A stretch of 59,086 bases of DNA, filler included, from Sphacelaria rigidula (lineage: Eukaryota): the NCBI GenBank assembly GCA_964200075.2. It is 9 parts of 9 records of this genome, joined end to end, with 100 filler letters (N's around TTAATTAATTAA, not from the genome) between each part and the next. Parts side by side here need not be neighbours in the genome. Positions count along the whole stretch, not along the records: positions 6,578 to 13,054 come from CAXNAA020019849.1; positions 13,155 to 19,630 come from CAXNAA020019850.1; positions 19,731 to 26,206 come from CAXNAA020019851.1; 6 more parts are not named here. One strand, written 5' to 3'. Shown here one piece after another: positions 12,041-24,218 of this stretch. The notes under the pieces were generated by a model. That model saw only the letters and a program-made list of their open reading frames with translations, was not told where the DNA came from and made no database searches. Both the position numbers and the translations under genes were made by a program. The number at the start of each line of letters is the position of its first letter. Position 1 is the first letter of the stretch.

Positions 12041-13162
12041 TATGTATCGATGCTGATGTACACATCGCCATATGAGACCGACACGATTTATCGAACGAAT
12101 ATTGTATTGAGAATCAGGACCGATGTATCGGACTTTTGCACGTTACCGACTATGGTGTACCAAGGGGGAGATGGGCGGATCCCGTCAGCTGACGCACTCT
12201 TACCGCGATAGAGGAGGAGCTGAAATGTGGAACACAAATCGAAGGGGTGCCATGTTCATTGGGTGGTGTGCGCTATATACCGGCACACACACACATATAT
12301 ATATATATACACACATATATATATAGGGCTGTAAGTGGTACGCGGTACAGTGCAGAGTGCAATTGATTGATTGATTATCGCGCTTTAACTGACCCGCCTG
12401 GGGTCCAGTCGTGGTCAAATGATAGACGTACACAAGAAAAACAGTACAGCAGAGTGTCGTGAACGGTAATTGCAGTCTCCTCAGATGAGGGTCTGATGGG
12501 GCTGAGGACTCGACGTTCGATGACGTACGGTCTGTTGACCCTGTACATCCTTACAACGCCGCGAGATGTGTTTTCTGTGCTGTGCGTGCGAATCCTAATC
12601 CTAATGCTGGGATCGTTTTTTTTTCTTCAATTTGCCGTGTTGTTCGTTCCCTACTTGCGGTTGATGGCTGATCGTGATTTGCGCGGTTGCTGCACGACTG
12701 TTTCTCAAGCATTCCGGGCCTGATTTTGCGGGGAGTTTAAGCCGAATCGCAGAGTTTGTTCTGCCTCCGGAAGCGCTTTTACTCGGGCTAGTGCCTGCAG
12801 CACTCGCGTAGCGTCTAGAGTCGCAACCCTCAATGTTTCAGCAAAATATCGGCTGCGCAAATCTGCGGAAATACATCGATGAAGCTCACCAACACACATG
12901 CTGCCTCCTGAGCCCGGAGCATGCATACCTCAACTTGTACGTGAAGCCCAATCGAAATTTCATGATTCGGGTCACTATTTTTTTTTTCGTTTGGCACTTA
13001 ACCCCCCCCCCCCTCCCCTCCTTCTTCTTCAGCGCTTCTCCCCCTTCCCTCTCCNNNNNNNNNNNNNNNNNNNNNNNNNNNNNNNNNNNNNNNNNNNNTT
13101 AATTAATTAANNNNNNNNNNNNNNNNNNNNNNNNNNNNNNNNNNNNNNNNNNNNGTCGTTTG

Positions 13163-13228
<66 letters not shown>

Positions 13229-13491
13229 CGCTAAAATAAAGAGTGACATCTTATGTGTGATGTCTGATCCTATGGTTTGCTGGTGAGGCAGGCGCACGTG
13301 TGCCATGGTTGGGTGTCGCGTGATTTGAAGGTAAGGAGGGTGTGGCCACTGTTTGTGTGTGTTCGTCCGGCTGTCGCTTTTGCGAGATCACGGTCTAGAA
13401 CAGGTTCCGCGGGAAACGTGGCTAGAATATTAATATGTTCAGAAGATCTTTCTCTTGAACACTAGTGGAACATATATTTTTTGCGAGTTCA

Positions 13492-13962
13492 GGCCAACAC
13501 TAGTGGGAGCCGTTCAAAATTTCGTCGAAAACTGCTTTTTGGGCCCTTCTCCGTCGATTTACGCCCGAAAAGAGGGCTAGGGGGATGTGGACGCCCTCGA
13601 ATGACTTGCTCTACTCGTTGAGACCGTTCTAGGGCAACTTTGTATCTCCCGCTGGCCGCACTTTTATTTTTTGCCAAATGAGGCCAAACACGGATTTTCA
13701 GTAAAAAACCTTTAAGTGATCAAAATCTCCCCCTGTTTTTTTATCGCTTGACCTTTTTTTTGTTGAAATCCGTGTTTGGCGAAAGATGAAAGTGCGGCCA
13801 GCGGGATATGTAAAGTTGCCCTGGAACGGCCTCAATGAGTAGAGCAAGTCATTCCAAGGCGTCAATATCCGCTTAGCCCTCATCTCAGGCGTAAAACGAC
13901 GGAGAAGGGCCAAAAAGGCAGTTTTGAACAGACTTTTTGAACGACTCCCATTAGAGTCGATC
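13492..13962. mobile_element. Foldback MITE with PIF/Harbinger-like TIR family GGCCAACTCTAATGGGAGCCGTT
   Basis: Near whole-length imperfect palindrome (e.g. aatgacttgctctactcgttgag / ctcaatgagtagagcaagtcatt). Termini match those of 21835-23539. Confidence 0.8.
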
Positions 13963-15096
13963 TTGCTACCAATGGTTTCATCTCGAACGCTCGTGGAAGA
14001 TCTGTCCGTGTAGAACATGACGTGTTCTGTAGGCGAGACATATGAGCAATATCTGGAACATCTGGAGCAGGCAAGATATATTATTTCTCTTGTGCCGTTC
14101 GTGTACCAATGTACAAGCGACAGTACGCATAGTGTGTGTGAGAGAGAGGTAGACAGACAGACAGACAGAGACAGAAAGGCAGAGAGAGCTGGCAACGGAC
14201 GATACACAGAAGAAAAGGGGGCTTTTGGGTGTCGTCTGTCCTGTGTTGAGTTGCATTACAGGACATCGCAAAGCATCATTTTTTTATTTTTTTTACTGCA
14301 GCGTTTTTCGGAAGTATCGTTAATGTATATTTTTTATTACCGGTTCGTTCACGCCTGCATACTCGTACGTGCTCTGATATGCTCATGCGTGCGTTCTCTC
14401 CGAGCTGTGATCAACACATCACTGGCATATGCGCATGTGCTTCGCTATATACACATACTTCCTCTGTCCCAAAAGTTGGGTTGAGCATATTTTATATGCC
14501 CTTCACCGTGGCCGATTTTTTTCAGCGTTTTTCCCAGCATTGATTTTATTTTTCTCTTCGACTCATGTCTTTTTCCACCATGCGACTGAACGGCCCAAAA
14601 CTTTCTTGCGTCGGCCCGAAAAACGGCCGTGTTTTTCTGATCCTAGGGCTGAAAAACGTCTAAAAAAATGCAAAAAAAAACGTTTGCCGCCCTCATCGTC
14701 ACTGGAGCTTGATGCTAGCTAGCTAGTCCTAGGCCGTTTTGAAGGTGTCCTCATCTTTGCTTTACCACCCTTTCCAACGTCCCTGCACTCCGCCGCGTCC
14801 TTACTCCGGTATGCTGTTCTCTACTTCCCCTGTCCCAAAAGTCTCGAAAAAAGTCACCAGGTGTACTATTGTACTGTAATTCTATTTTGATTTACAGAGT
14901 AGTGCAACTATCAGTGGATTGCGAATGGGTTGGGGTGTTTAGTTTTGCTGTAACTCATCACGAGACACAAAACGCACACACATATGTGACAGCGATGCAC
15001 CCACCTGCTGTTCTCGAGCTCACGCAAAGTGCAGCCTCAAATTTTTCGTCACCCCCTTCTTGACTCCCACCCCCTTGTCCATTTCCACGCGAACAG

Positions 15097-15305
15097 GAAC
15101 GAATTGGTCGCCAGCTGCCGCGAGATTGGCGGCGGACGGTGCGCGAGATTTCCCGTGGCTGGAGGGGGCCTACCTTTCCCAGAAGCTCGGGGTGGGGGCC
15201 ATCGTGGAGACTTCGGATGGCTTTTTGCTGGCGCTCCGCAGGAGCCAAGGGGTAGCTGAAGGGCAGGGGATGGTGGACTGTCCGGGGGGTCATCCTGAGC
15301 CTGAG
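15097..15305 (+). CDS. NUDT22: Exon of NUDT22-like Nudix hydrolase
   Basis: GTNWS...YLSQKLGVGAIVETSDGFLLALRRSQGVAEGQGMVDCPGGHPEP matches the NUDT22 family signature. gaacag acceptor, GAG|gtgcg donor. Confidence 0.88.
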
Positions 15306-15332
15306 GTGCGGCGGTGTCTGTTTTGCCGGCAG

Positions 15333-15738
15333 TCTGGATAATGGCAATACATATATTATTTACTTTGTCAAAAAGTGTACTGCGTACAGTATGGATGGAC
15401 TTTTGCGTCTATTGCAACTGACAATAGGTTCGCAGTGCACTTATTTTGACGGTATAATTCTCTTGTCCAGGTAAGGGTGTGGCATTTTGTCGAAACAGAG
15501 AGCTTTTCAGAACTTGCCGATTTGATCTGACCTGGTTGATGTGTGTGTTTGTGGACACTTTTTCTCTTTTCTTTGGGGTCGTATATGGAAAATTTGGGAA
15601 TGGATACCGTTGTCAAAATATGTGCTGCGTACAGCGTGGAGTCTGTTATTTGTTCGGAAAAAAACGCAATAGTCGATACTCTACGCAGCACGCGTTTTGA
15701 CCATGCAATATATTAATACTGTCGTCATCCAGGGTGTG
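15333..15738. mobile_element. MITE of the CACACCCTGGA-TIR family (other copies ~44005-44130, 48795-48943, 49234-49368)
   Basis: Copies share ctggayaatggc...aaaaagtgtactgcgtaca and end in atccagggtgtg. Copy 49234-49368 has both TIRs. Confidence 0.7.
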
Positions 15739-15886
15739 GAAATAGTGCGGATCTAGCTGGTTGATCTGTGCGGCAGTTTTCCCTGCTTCTTTTTGCTTTC
15801 TTCGGAAAGTATGAAAAACAGTGCATACATAAATGTATTATAATGCCTGTCTGATTAGTTGATGTGTCCGGCACCGGCACTTTTTC

Positions 15887-15888
<2 letters not shown>

Positions 15889-15963
<75 letters not shown>

Positions 15964-15968
15964 GATAA
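15889..15968. repeat. (AAT)n/(AATGAT)n microsatellite
   Basis: Directly visible. Confidence 0.95.
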
Positions 15969-16633
15969 TATATATATTTTGAAAATAGGAAAAGAGAGAT
16001 TTGCAACAAAACGTGCATTTTTCTCCCCCTTTTTCCCTTGTTCGGATGTACTCCACGATAGTACCGCCTTATTATTTTTTGTATCTATCCACGCAATGGC
16101 TGGACCTCTGAGTTGTTCACACATGTTATATTGACTCCTGTGTCTGCGCCAGGACGTATTTAGTGTTCTTCGATACTGGATTTGACAGTCCTCTTCGATC
16201 CGTCACTTTAGATATAATAGCTCATAAGCTATCCGATGTGTTGGAGTTTTACGAACATTTTTTCTTCGCATTGATGATGCATCAAGCCGCCGTACATCGC
16301 TGGTCCAAGTGCCCCGGAAATCGCCAGCCGGGGGCGAAGCGTTGCAGGTCGCATTTAATCCCCGCAGATACGGGTGTGTTTTGAAGAGAAGGCTCTACCA
16401 CATTCCGTCGTTAGAAAACGCGAGGAGTTGGGCATCAAGGAGGAAAGTTCCCGACGAGAAATAATGTTGTGCGGGAGTGGTGTCATGATCCATTTTCGCC
16501 ATTATAAAGCCGAAATGTCGGACATTTACCCCGGCCGCAAGAGAGACAGGTTGATACCCTTTTTTTAGAGCTAAGGGGTTCGTCCCCAGGAACGGGGAGA
16601 AGTCAGGAGTATGAGAGAGGAAATGAGACGGTC

Positions 16634-16673
16634 AGGGTTAGGGGTTAGGGGTTAGGGTTAGGGTTAGGGTTAC
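16634..16673 (+). repeat. Interstitial telomere-like (TTAGGG/TTAGGGG)n tract in a NUDT22 intron
   Basis: agggttaggggttaggggttagggttagggttagggtta. Shorter tracts at ~597-612, 33395-33429 and 50672-50690. Confidence 0.9.
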
Positions 16674-16808
16674 ACACGAAGGAACGGCAAGAGTTCACGC
16701 TGAGCTGTCGGGCTATTGCAAGCTGAAACTGAACGGCTTCTATCTACAATATTTCACTCACTATTACCTCCTGCCCACCATTGCCTCCATTTTTGACTAC
16801 GAGAGCAG

Positions 16809-17019
16809 AAGCTAGGGCTGACGGATGAGGTGTTGAGGGGGATGTCATGCAAGCTTCCGGCTAGCCGACGACGCGTTGGTCTGCAGGCAAGCGAAGAGCT
16901 TTTCGACAGTGCCGTGCAGGAGGTGGTCGACGAGATTAACGTGCCTCGCTCTGCGCTGCAGGAACCGCTGCTGTCGGGAATAGTGCGTCAAGGGAATAGC
17001 TTCGGGGCACCGTCAGCTG
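16809..17019 (+). CDS. NUDT22: Next exon of NUDT22-like hydrolase (alternative acceptor would start the exon at 16887)
   Basis: EELFDSAVQEVVDEINVPRSALQEPLLSGIVRQ is the degenerate Nudix-box helix of NUDT22-type enzymes. G|gtaag donor. Confidence 0.85.
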
Positions 17020-17957
17020 GTAAGCCCCCATGCGCCTGGTTTTGTGGAGATGGTGATGGTGATAGTGATAGTGATAGTGATGGTGTTCCTAGATCTGATT
17101 GTTGATAGACCGATGGACTGCGTGGTTCGTTGGTTGTAGCACACTAACATGAACTACTGACTCGCTGCTACGAATACAGCCTTGGTCATCAGATACAGGA
17201 TAGACGTATGTACTCACCTACTGTAAGGTAAGGAGTGAAGAAACGCGACAATGAAATAAAAAAAACACTCGCTAAAAGGGAAAACTACAGAAGAATGAAA
17301 TAAATAGAGTTGGTGAGAAAAATCGAACGGGGGAAGATAAGAAAAACAAAGGAGTAAAGTGGAGAACTAAATACAACAAACGAAAAGAAAAAAGAGGGAA
17401 AAAGGAAAAGAAAAAAGAAGAGAGAGAGAGAGAGAAGATAGAAGGATATCTTGATCACAGGAAGTGTGTGCGATGACACAATGTCCAGTCCCCGGCGATC
17501 GATGAAGTTTTTGGGGGCCCGGAACCGCGCCATCCTATGGGGTCTTTTTCGGTGTCTGGGATGGTACATAACATACCCCTGTGCAGTGCTGTAGCACTAT
17601 CTATGTTGTGCTCATAGTTTTTGCCGACGACTCATCAGCCGGTGGCGTTATTCAGCGCGCGTGGGGGTGGTATTCGGCGTATCGGAGTTATTTTACTCTC
17701 CCCACTCAATTTACAGAGGGTTGCGTCTTGGATGGATCGCTTGCACTATCGAATTCCGAAGAAATTGTATCCGGATATATACGGTGTTTTGTCCTTTATG
17801 TTGGCAAGGTGGTCTCCCGCGGAACTACAGAAAGCTGGAGATGATCGATGAAATACAGTGTTGTCGCAGTGTTGGAATCTGTTCCAGGGCAGAGATTCGT
17901 GTTTCTTGTTGCTGTTTCTGTGACGCGACTAGGTGGCAGTCCCGCCCTGGTTGCACG

Positions 17958-18115
17958 TCATTATTATGATAATGATTAGATTATGATTATGATGATTATG
18001 ATGATTATTATTATGATTATAATAATTATTATTATGATGATTATAATTATGATCATAGTTATACAATAATGATATAGTTATAATCATAATTATCATTATT
18101 ATTATTGTTTTATTA
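17958..18115. repeat. Degenerate (ATT/GAT)n low-complexity tract
   Basis: Directly visible. Confidence 0.9.
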
Positions 18116-18717
18116 TTTGAATTTCCGCATATTAGCCGGCCATTGGTCAAAGGCGTAGGTGGACACGTGAAAAAAACTAACCCTCTTTTTTTTGGAAAAA
18201 CTAGGCCCCTTTTTCGGTTGGGGTGGAGTCGCTCGTGTTGATGACGAACTTTATATCGTACTCTCGTTGGGTTCATCTGTGGGGTCTGCTTCTGGTGGTC
18301 GTTCATACACTATTAGCGCTCTGCGGTTCTGAACACTGCGTATCTCCATTGGTGGTTGGGGTGTTGCGGTGTTTATGTACTACGGTACAAGATCAAGCTA
18401 GGACCAAATCCATCCACGACCTGGGCATCGTTATCTGACGCAGTGGTGCAACCCCCCCCTCACGTAATGAGAGGTGCTGTTTGTTACTCTGTCTTCTGCC
18501 TTCACTCCCCGCCGTATTCTCATCTGCTACACCTCTCTTTTGCTGTCAGCATAACGGTTACCTTTGTCAAGCAGTTGCACTCAACACCTTTCACAAGAGC
18601 AGTTCTGGACACGCGTCCATTTTCCCGTTCTTACAACCCATTTTTTTTTGTGGATCTCCAACGCAGACGCCTCCTCCGTCTTGCGTTCAGCAAAACACTC
18701 TTGTGACTGCAAGGTGT

Positions 18718-18788
18718 CCATTTCAGTCATTACCCATTTCAGTCATTATCCATTTCAGTCATTATCCATTTCAGCCATTATCCATTTC
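18718..18788. repeat. 16-bp minisatellite (ccatttcagtcattat), about 4.4 copies
   Basis: Directly visible. Confidence 0.9.
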
Positions 18789-20406
18789 GATGTATATATA
18801 TATATATATATGCACCAAGTGTGAGCTTTTCGTGACTTGTTTTTTCATGTCCGATTGTTCCTATGGTATGGCGATCCGCAATTGCTGCTCCGACAAGTTG
18901 AGAAGTTTCAGCAGTGTTGTTGCTGTTGACTATCTGCATGTTTGGCAGAATGAAGATGTACCGGGACATAATCTGCTTAATTAAATTAGCGGGCGAAGCC
19001 CGCATCACGAGCCAAACCTCCCACACACAGATTAGGGTGAACCAAAGTGAATTGAAGGAGAAGCGCGACTACCACCGAGTATTGAAACTCGACACTGGCC
19101 CAAAATTGAACCTGTTCACAATGAGACGGAGGACTAAAACATGGGTCACGTCCTGTTTCACTACTGTACCGCAGCAAACACACTCAAGCCTTCCCTCGTG
19201 TGTTGGAGCTTCCACTGTCTGTTGTGTTGTGGTGTGTTGACGCATTGCTAAGACGGTTTGGACTGCAGGAGCTGCGATATTGTCGTTGTGTTCGTCTCTG
19301 CAGAAAACAGCGGTAGGCGGCAAGCAGTGGTGGCTGCACATTGTTGGAAGCTTCATGAGTGTGTTGTTTGTTTCGTCTTCGGTAAGACGAACAACGCGCA
19401 GTCCGTTGCTGCGACACTCCTGTCGGTGCCGTGCGTTGGCCGCCTGTTCTGTACTGTACCGTACTACTGTATTGTGTTCAGTGTACAATACTGTGTTGTC
19501 TATTATACTGTATTGGGTTGGAAGGCGCTACGAGTTAGACCGCACGAACACTTGGTTTTAGAGTACTCCCCTGGCGATTCCCAAGCGAAATGGAGCGATC
19601 TGATTGGTAGTTACCAAGCGAATCTTTCCCNNNNNNNNNNNNNNNNNNNNNNNNNNNNNNNNNNNNNNNNNNNNTTAATTAATTAANNNNNNNNNNNNNN
19701 NNNNNNNNNNNNNNNNNNNNNNNNNNNNNNGGCGGGGGCGGGGCGGCCCCGGGCCGGCGGGGGGGGGGGGGGCGGGGGGGGGGGGGGGGGGGGGGGGTGG
19801 GAAGGGGTTGTTCGCCCTCGGCTGCACGGATTGCACCATTACTGCACTCATTGCATGCGCCATTGTCCGCGTTGCAATCTGTGAGAGGTGCGCTTCATGC
19901 AGTCCGAAACCAGCTATCATGCGCTGTGTACTATGACCATTTTCTTCATGGCAATTTCGCGGCTGGTTCGGGGGTGACTCCTGCGGCATCCCTCGCATGC
20001 CAGCCACAATTATTTTCTATTAACTCGATGCTATGAGGCGTGTAAAATTTATTCACCGTGCAGGACTAAGAAATCGGACGATCACTCGAATGCGCTGGTG
20101 CTTCAACAGCAGCTTCTCGTGAGAGTGAGACGAGAATTTCATATATTTAAATTTTGGAGCGTTTTGGTCTAGATGCGAGCTTGGCCAGTCACGAGACACA
20201 GAACCCCTCAGCAACTTGATCAATTTTCCGTATCAGCCGGATTTAAGCAATTCGCTGTGAACTGGAGACCAACCTGGCCACGTACGCTCTGCCGCTGAAT
20301 ATTAACCAATAGGGGGGCGTTCTCATGTGTTGCTTGCCTTAGTCGTTTGACCATTGACCACGCATCCCTTCCGAGACGGAGCAATAGGGGGGGGGGGGGG
20401 GGGAAC

Positions 20407-20538
20407 GTACTGCATTATACATAACCTCAACAGCGGAACCAGATTCTGTGAAACCCCCCCCGAGAGATTTGTCGGGATTCGAACTCGTGACCTCCGTAAC
20501 TGGAGTCTCCCGTATCACGTAGGTCACAGGGGCGCAGC
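20407..20538 (-). mobile_element. tRNA-derived SINE-like repeat
   Basis: Minus strand carries B-box GAGTTCGAATCCC. Homologous to 76-192. No complete cloverleaf. Confidence 0.55.
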
Positions 20539-20797
20539 GATGCCACACAAAATGTTCCACGCTAAGCCCAATCTTGGAAATTCTTAGCCGAAATGTTAAT
20601 AAGATCTTCTGCACGCATGTACAAATTTCGTGATGGGGGATCACGCCAGTTATTTATGGTTTTCACGAAGCAATGTCATTTTCCAGTTCTCGCTCTTATT
20701 TCGAATTTGCTCTCACTTTCTGCTCTGTTTTTTGTTTTTGGCATCCTCGGAGATGCTGCGCGTGTTGATGATAAAATGTCGCCTCAAGATTTCATTA

Positions 20798-21830
20798 CCA
20801 ACTCTGATGGGAGCCGTTCAAATCTGTATTTTTCAAAAAATTTCTAACGCGTTTTTTTTTCCTGCCACGATTCTGAACGGGGACCCAAACACACACTATT
20901 ATATTATGGCATAAAGTTGGGAGTTGTACAAGGACGTTGAAGGTGGCGGGACCTAGGAGTTGCGCACCTGTACAACAACACCCCAAGAAGACATAACGGC
21001 TGCACACCCATCACGTGACTTTTCCAAGTTCGTGTCCACAGCATTGTCTTCTCACCTATGTATACAAACCGGACCAGCGGTAGTTCAGCATCTCAGGCGA
21101 CCTTCAGCGATCGTCAAACCGTGTACGTAGGATTCGAACGCACTACAACCAGAACACCGGCAACTACATCATGGAAATGATGGATGTGGGCACGAATTGC
21201 ATCATTTGTTGGTTTCACAGACGACGCAACGCATCCAACACATCACGATGGTGGCGCTTTCGGCAGTGTCTGGACTTGTGTACCACACAACAAGAGTACA
21301 ACACTTCAGGAAATCTTCAGCGTCGATCAAACCATCTTTGCGGGGCACCGCACTACCTGTCAGCTTCAGGACGGGAATACTGGATCTGCGCACCAAGGAT
21401 CTTGTTCGCTGCGAAGGGCACGATATCTAACAAACACATGCGGTAAAACATTGTCAACTTCGTCAAGCGACGACCACCTGCCGAATGCAGTCGCTCGGTA
21501 CGCAATAGCAGTGCAGCAGCTCAGGCAATCCCAGCAGAGACCAGACAGTTTTGGAAAGGTCAAAACCCACGACTGTGCAGTGGCAGGCGCAGCACATGAG
21601 AGAACCGTCCGTGTGTGCTGTAGTACTGAAAAACATGGCATGTCCCACTTTAATTTTTGTGGCAAATTTAGAATCGTCTCCCGATTCTGAGCGCTTGGCC
21701 AAAGTTGTGCAATGTTTTGGGTCCGTTCAGAATTTTGAGGGACTAAATCTTGACGATTTTGTTCCATAATAGTGGTTATTGTGATCAACCGTTCAAAACA
21801 TTTGAAAAACAAAATCTGAACGGCTCCCAT
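20798..21830. mobile_element. Non-autonomous PIF/Harbinger-like element, copy 1
   Basis: Ends ccaactctgatgggagccgttca...tgaacggctcccat. Internal blocks are colinear with copy 2. Confidence 0.75.
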
Positions 21831-21834
21831 GTGA

Positions 21835-23539
21835 GGCCAACTCTAATGGGAGCCGTTAAAAACAAATATATATAAAAAAAATTCAAACGCGTTTTTTTTC
21901 TGCCACGATTCTGAACCGATACCAGAAAACACACTATTATGGCATAAAGTCGTAGTTGTAGTTGTACATCGATGTTGAAGTTGGCGTGATCCAGGAGGTG
22001 TGCATCTGTACAACAGCACCCAAAGAAGATGTAAGGTGGCGTTTCCACGAAACAAGGAAAGTGAAAATCATTTCGTGATGGTGATGGTGAAGTGATGGTT
22101 CACAACTTCATTATCACGAGAAATCACGCGCCGTTCAAATCTTGGGGGGAGGACGAGATATGCAATGACGGGAACAGCACGCGAATAGAACAGCGACTTT
22201 AGACACGGCGACAATCACGCGCAAGGGTGTATGGGCATTGTCACAGGTCGAAACACGGACCGCCTTCCGCTCGAGAAGGAGATAAAACAGCAGCAGCAGC
22301 AGCCGCAGCATCTCTACTGCCAGTTGATATATACGACTGGAGGTGGGTCTGAATCAGCCGATGCCGACACTGCTGCTGCTGCTGCTGCTCCTGTTGCTGC
22401 TCTTCCTCGTGCGAGAGACGGTCCGCGTTTCGATCGTGAGACAACGCCCACGCAGCTTACGCGTGATAGCCACCGTGCTGAAGGTGCTAGTCCGTACTAC
22501 CCGCCGATGGGTCCATGCTTGCTCACTCGGCGAAGTGCTGGGAGATATAGCTGTGCGCATCACTTTGTGGCAGCTGTACACCTCGATTGTGTCTCCCACG
22601 CTTGGCTACTGCTCGTGATGGAAGCCAGCCGTGTGCCCCATGAATAGTCACGTGACTTTTCCAACTTCGTGTCAACAGCATTGCATTTTCGAATTCGACA
22701 AAAGAGCACTGCCTGCCAACTACAGTTGTTCGAAATGCAATAGTAGCACAGCAGCTCAGGTTATCCAGTAAAGACCAGACAAGTTTGACGAGGTCTAAAC
22801 ACACGACTGTGCAGTGACAGGGGCAGCACATGAGAGAGCCGTCTGCGTGTGTTGTCAACAACCGATCGTCACAAGTGAGGATGGAGCTTTACATTGAGGA
22901 TGAGAACCCGGAGGATGAAAAGCTTCGTATCCACACCAAATCCTCGAAATATGGTTCCACTTCTTCACCTACTGGTAGCTATTGACAAGTACTACACGTC
23001 GTACAAATTTGGATTCCGGTAACCGAAATGTTGGGGTCCTGGGTGAGAAACCAATTTCGGGGAATTTCGGCGATCCGATCGGATCACCTATATTCCACAA
23101 GTTTGTTTCTCCATTCAGGACCCCAACATTTCGATTATCGAAAATCCAAATTTGTCGGGCGTGAAGCAGTTGTCAATAGCTGCCAGTTGGTGCAGGGATG
23201 GAACCATGATTCGAATATTTGATGTGAATAGGAAAATTTCAATCCTCCGGGTTCTCATCCTCAATGGAAAGCTCCGTCCTCAATTTCGATGATCACCTGT
23301 TTGTTGTAGAACAAGACATGAAATGTCCCATTTCACTTCTTGTGCCAAGTTTTAAACAGGTCCTCAAGCGTCTAGAATCGTCCCCCAATTCTGAGCGCTT
23401 GGCCAAAAGTTTGCAAATTTTAGGGTCCGTTCAGAATTTTGGGGTCTACATCTTGGCGATTTTGTCCCATGATGGTCCCTTTTGTGACCTCCCGTTCGAA
23501 AATTTCGAAAAATGAGAACGGCTCCCATTACAGTCGGTC
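21835..23539. mobile_element. Non-autonomous PIF/Harbinger-like element, copy 2, with 3-bp TSD TGA
   Basis: TIRs GGCCAACTCTAATGGGAGCCGTT / AACGGCTCCCATTACAGTCGGTC, with TGA on both sides (21832-21834, 23540-23542). Confidence 0.8.
22858..23300. mobile_element. Foldback MITE nested inside copy 2; another end of this family at ~26151-26206
   Basis: tgaggatggagctttacattgaggatgagaacccggagga / tcctccgggttctcatcctcaatggaaagctccgtcctca, with palindromy continuing to the centre gatccgatcggatc. Absent from the equivalent site in copy 1. Confidence 0.85.
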
Positions 23540-23693
23540 TGAGGGTGATCGAAGAACAAATGTGTAATGAACAGATGATACGCCGTGAGCAATTTCTGTA
23601 TATCATGCTCCATTCCACTGACAACTCCATGTCCCCTTCTCCCCCCTCCCGGTGCCTTCTGTTGTACCTATTTCAACATCGTTAACCAAGCAG

Positions 23694-23897
23694 AATGCAA
23701 ACCTACCCATCTGCGAGATGTTGCTCCGGCGCGGGGCAAACATAAACCACCATAACAATAAGGGCAACACGGCTTTGCACTATGCGATGGCCTATGACTC
23801 TGAGGGAGCGCTCGGGGAGATGCTGATATCGAACGGGGCGGACGACAGCATGGAGAACAAGCAAGGCCTCAGCTGTTACGATGGATTGGGTTCTTGA
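23694..23897 (+). CDS. Terminal exon of an ankyrin-repeat protein
   Basis: aagcag acceptor. ICEMLLRRGANINHHNNKGNTALHYAMAY...LISNGADDSMENKQG is an ankyrin consensus. TGA stop at 23897. Confidence 0.9.
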   Translation, partial: NANLPICEMLLRRGANINHHNNKGNTALHYAMAYDSEGALGEMLISNGADDSMENKQGLSCYDGLGS

Positions 23898-24218
23898 TTC
23901 ATGATCGAAGTTGAATGTAAATGAAGAACGAAGTTGGGCCCTTCGTTGATATCCTCGAAGTAGTCCTTTGGGTGCGCCCACACCCTCACGGACCCCTCTC
24001 CCGCTCCATTTTTAGTGCGGCTCGTGACCTTTTGTTTGAATCGGCATAACTTTGTTCACTGTCACTACCCATCAAAGTGAACCGTTGTCGGCCTAAAAAT
24101 AGCGTTTTGACGTACGTCCCCGTTTGTGCGCAGTTGTTGAAGAAAACAGATACCGGTTGAAGCTTACGTTTTGGCTTGGGTTCTCAGTAGAAAAAATATA
24201 CCTCAAGTAGAATTTATC

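Noticed and set aside
13175..13228. Long poly-G run (also ~19731-19800) as G-quadruplex or poly-Pro ORF
   Set aside because: Located at contig edges where homopolymer length is unreliable, and likely a sequencing/assembly artefact.
14498..14748. Possible MITE with ccttca...tgaagg ends
   Set aside because: The inverted match is too short and degenerate, with no second copy or TSD seen.
15725..16134. Poly-Asn/Tyr/Leu ORFs
   Set aside because: Translations of an intronic (AAT)n microsatellite.
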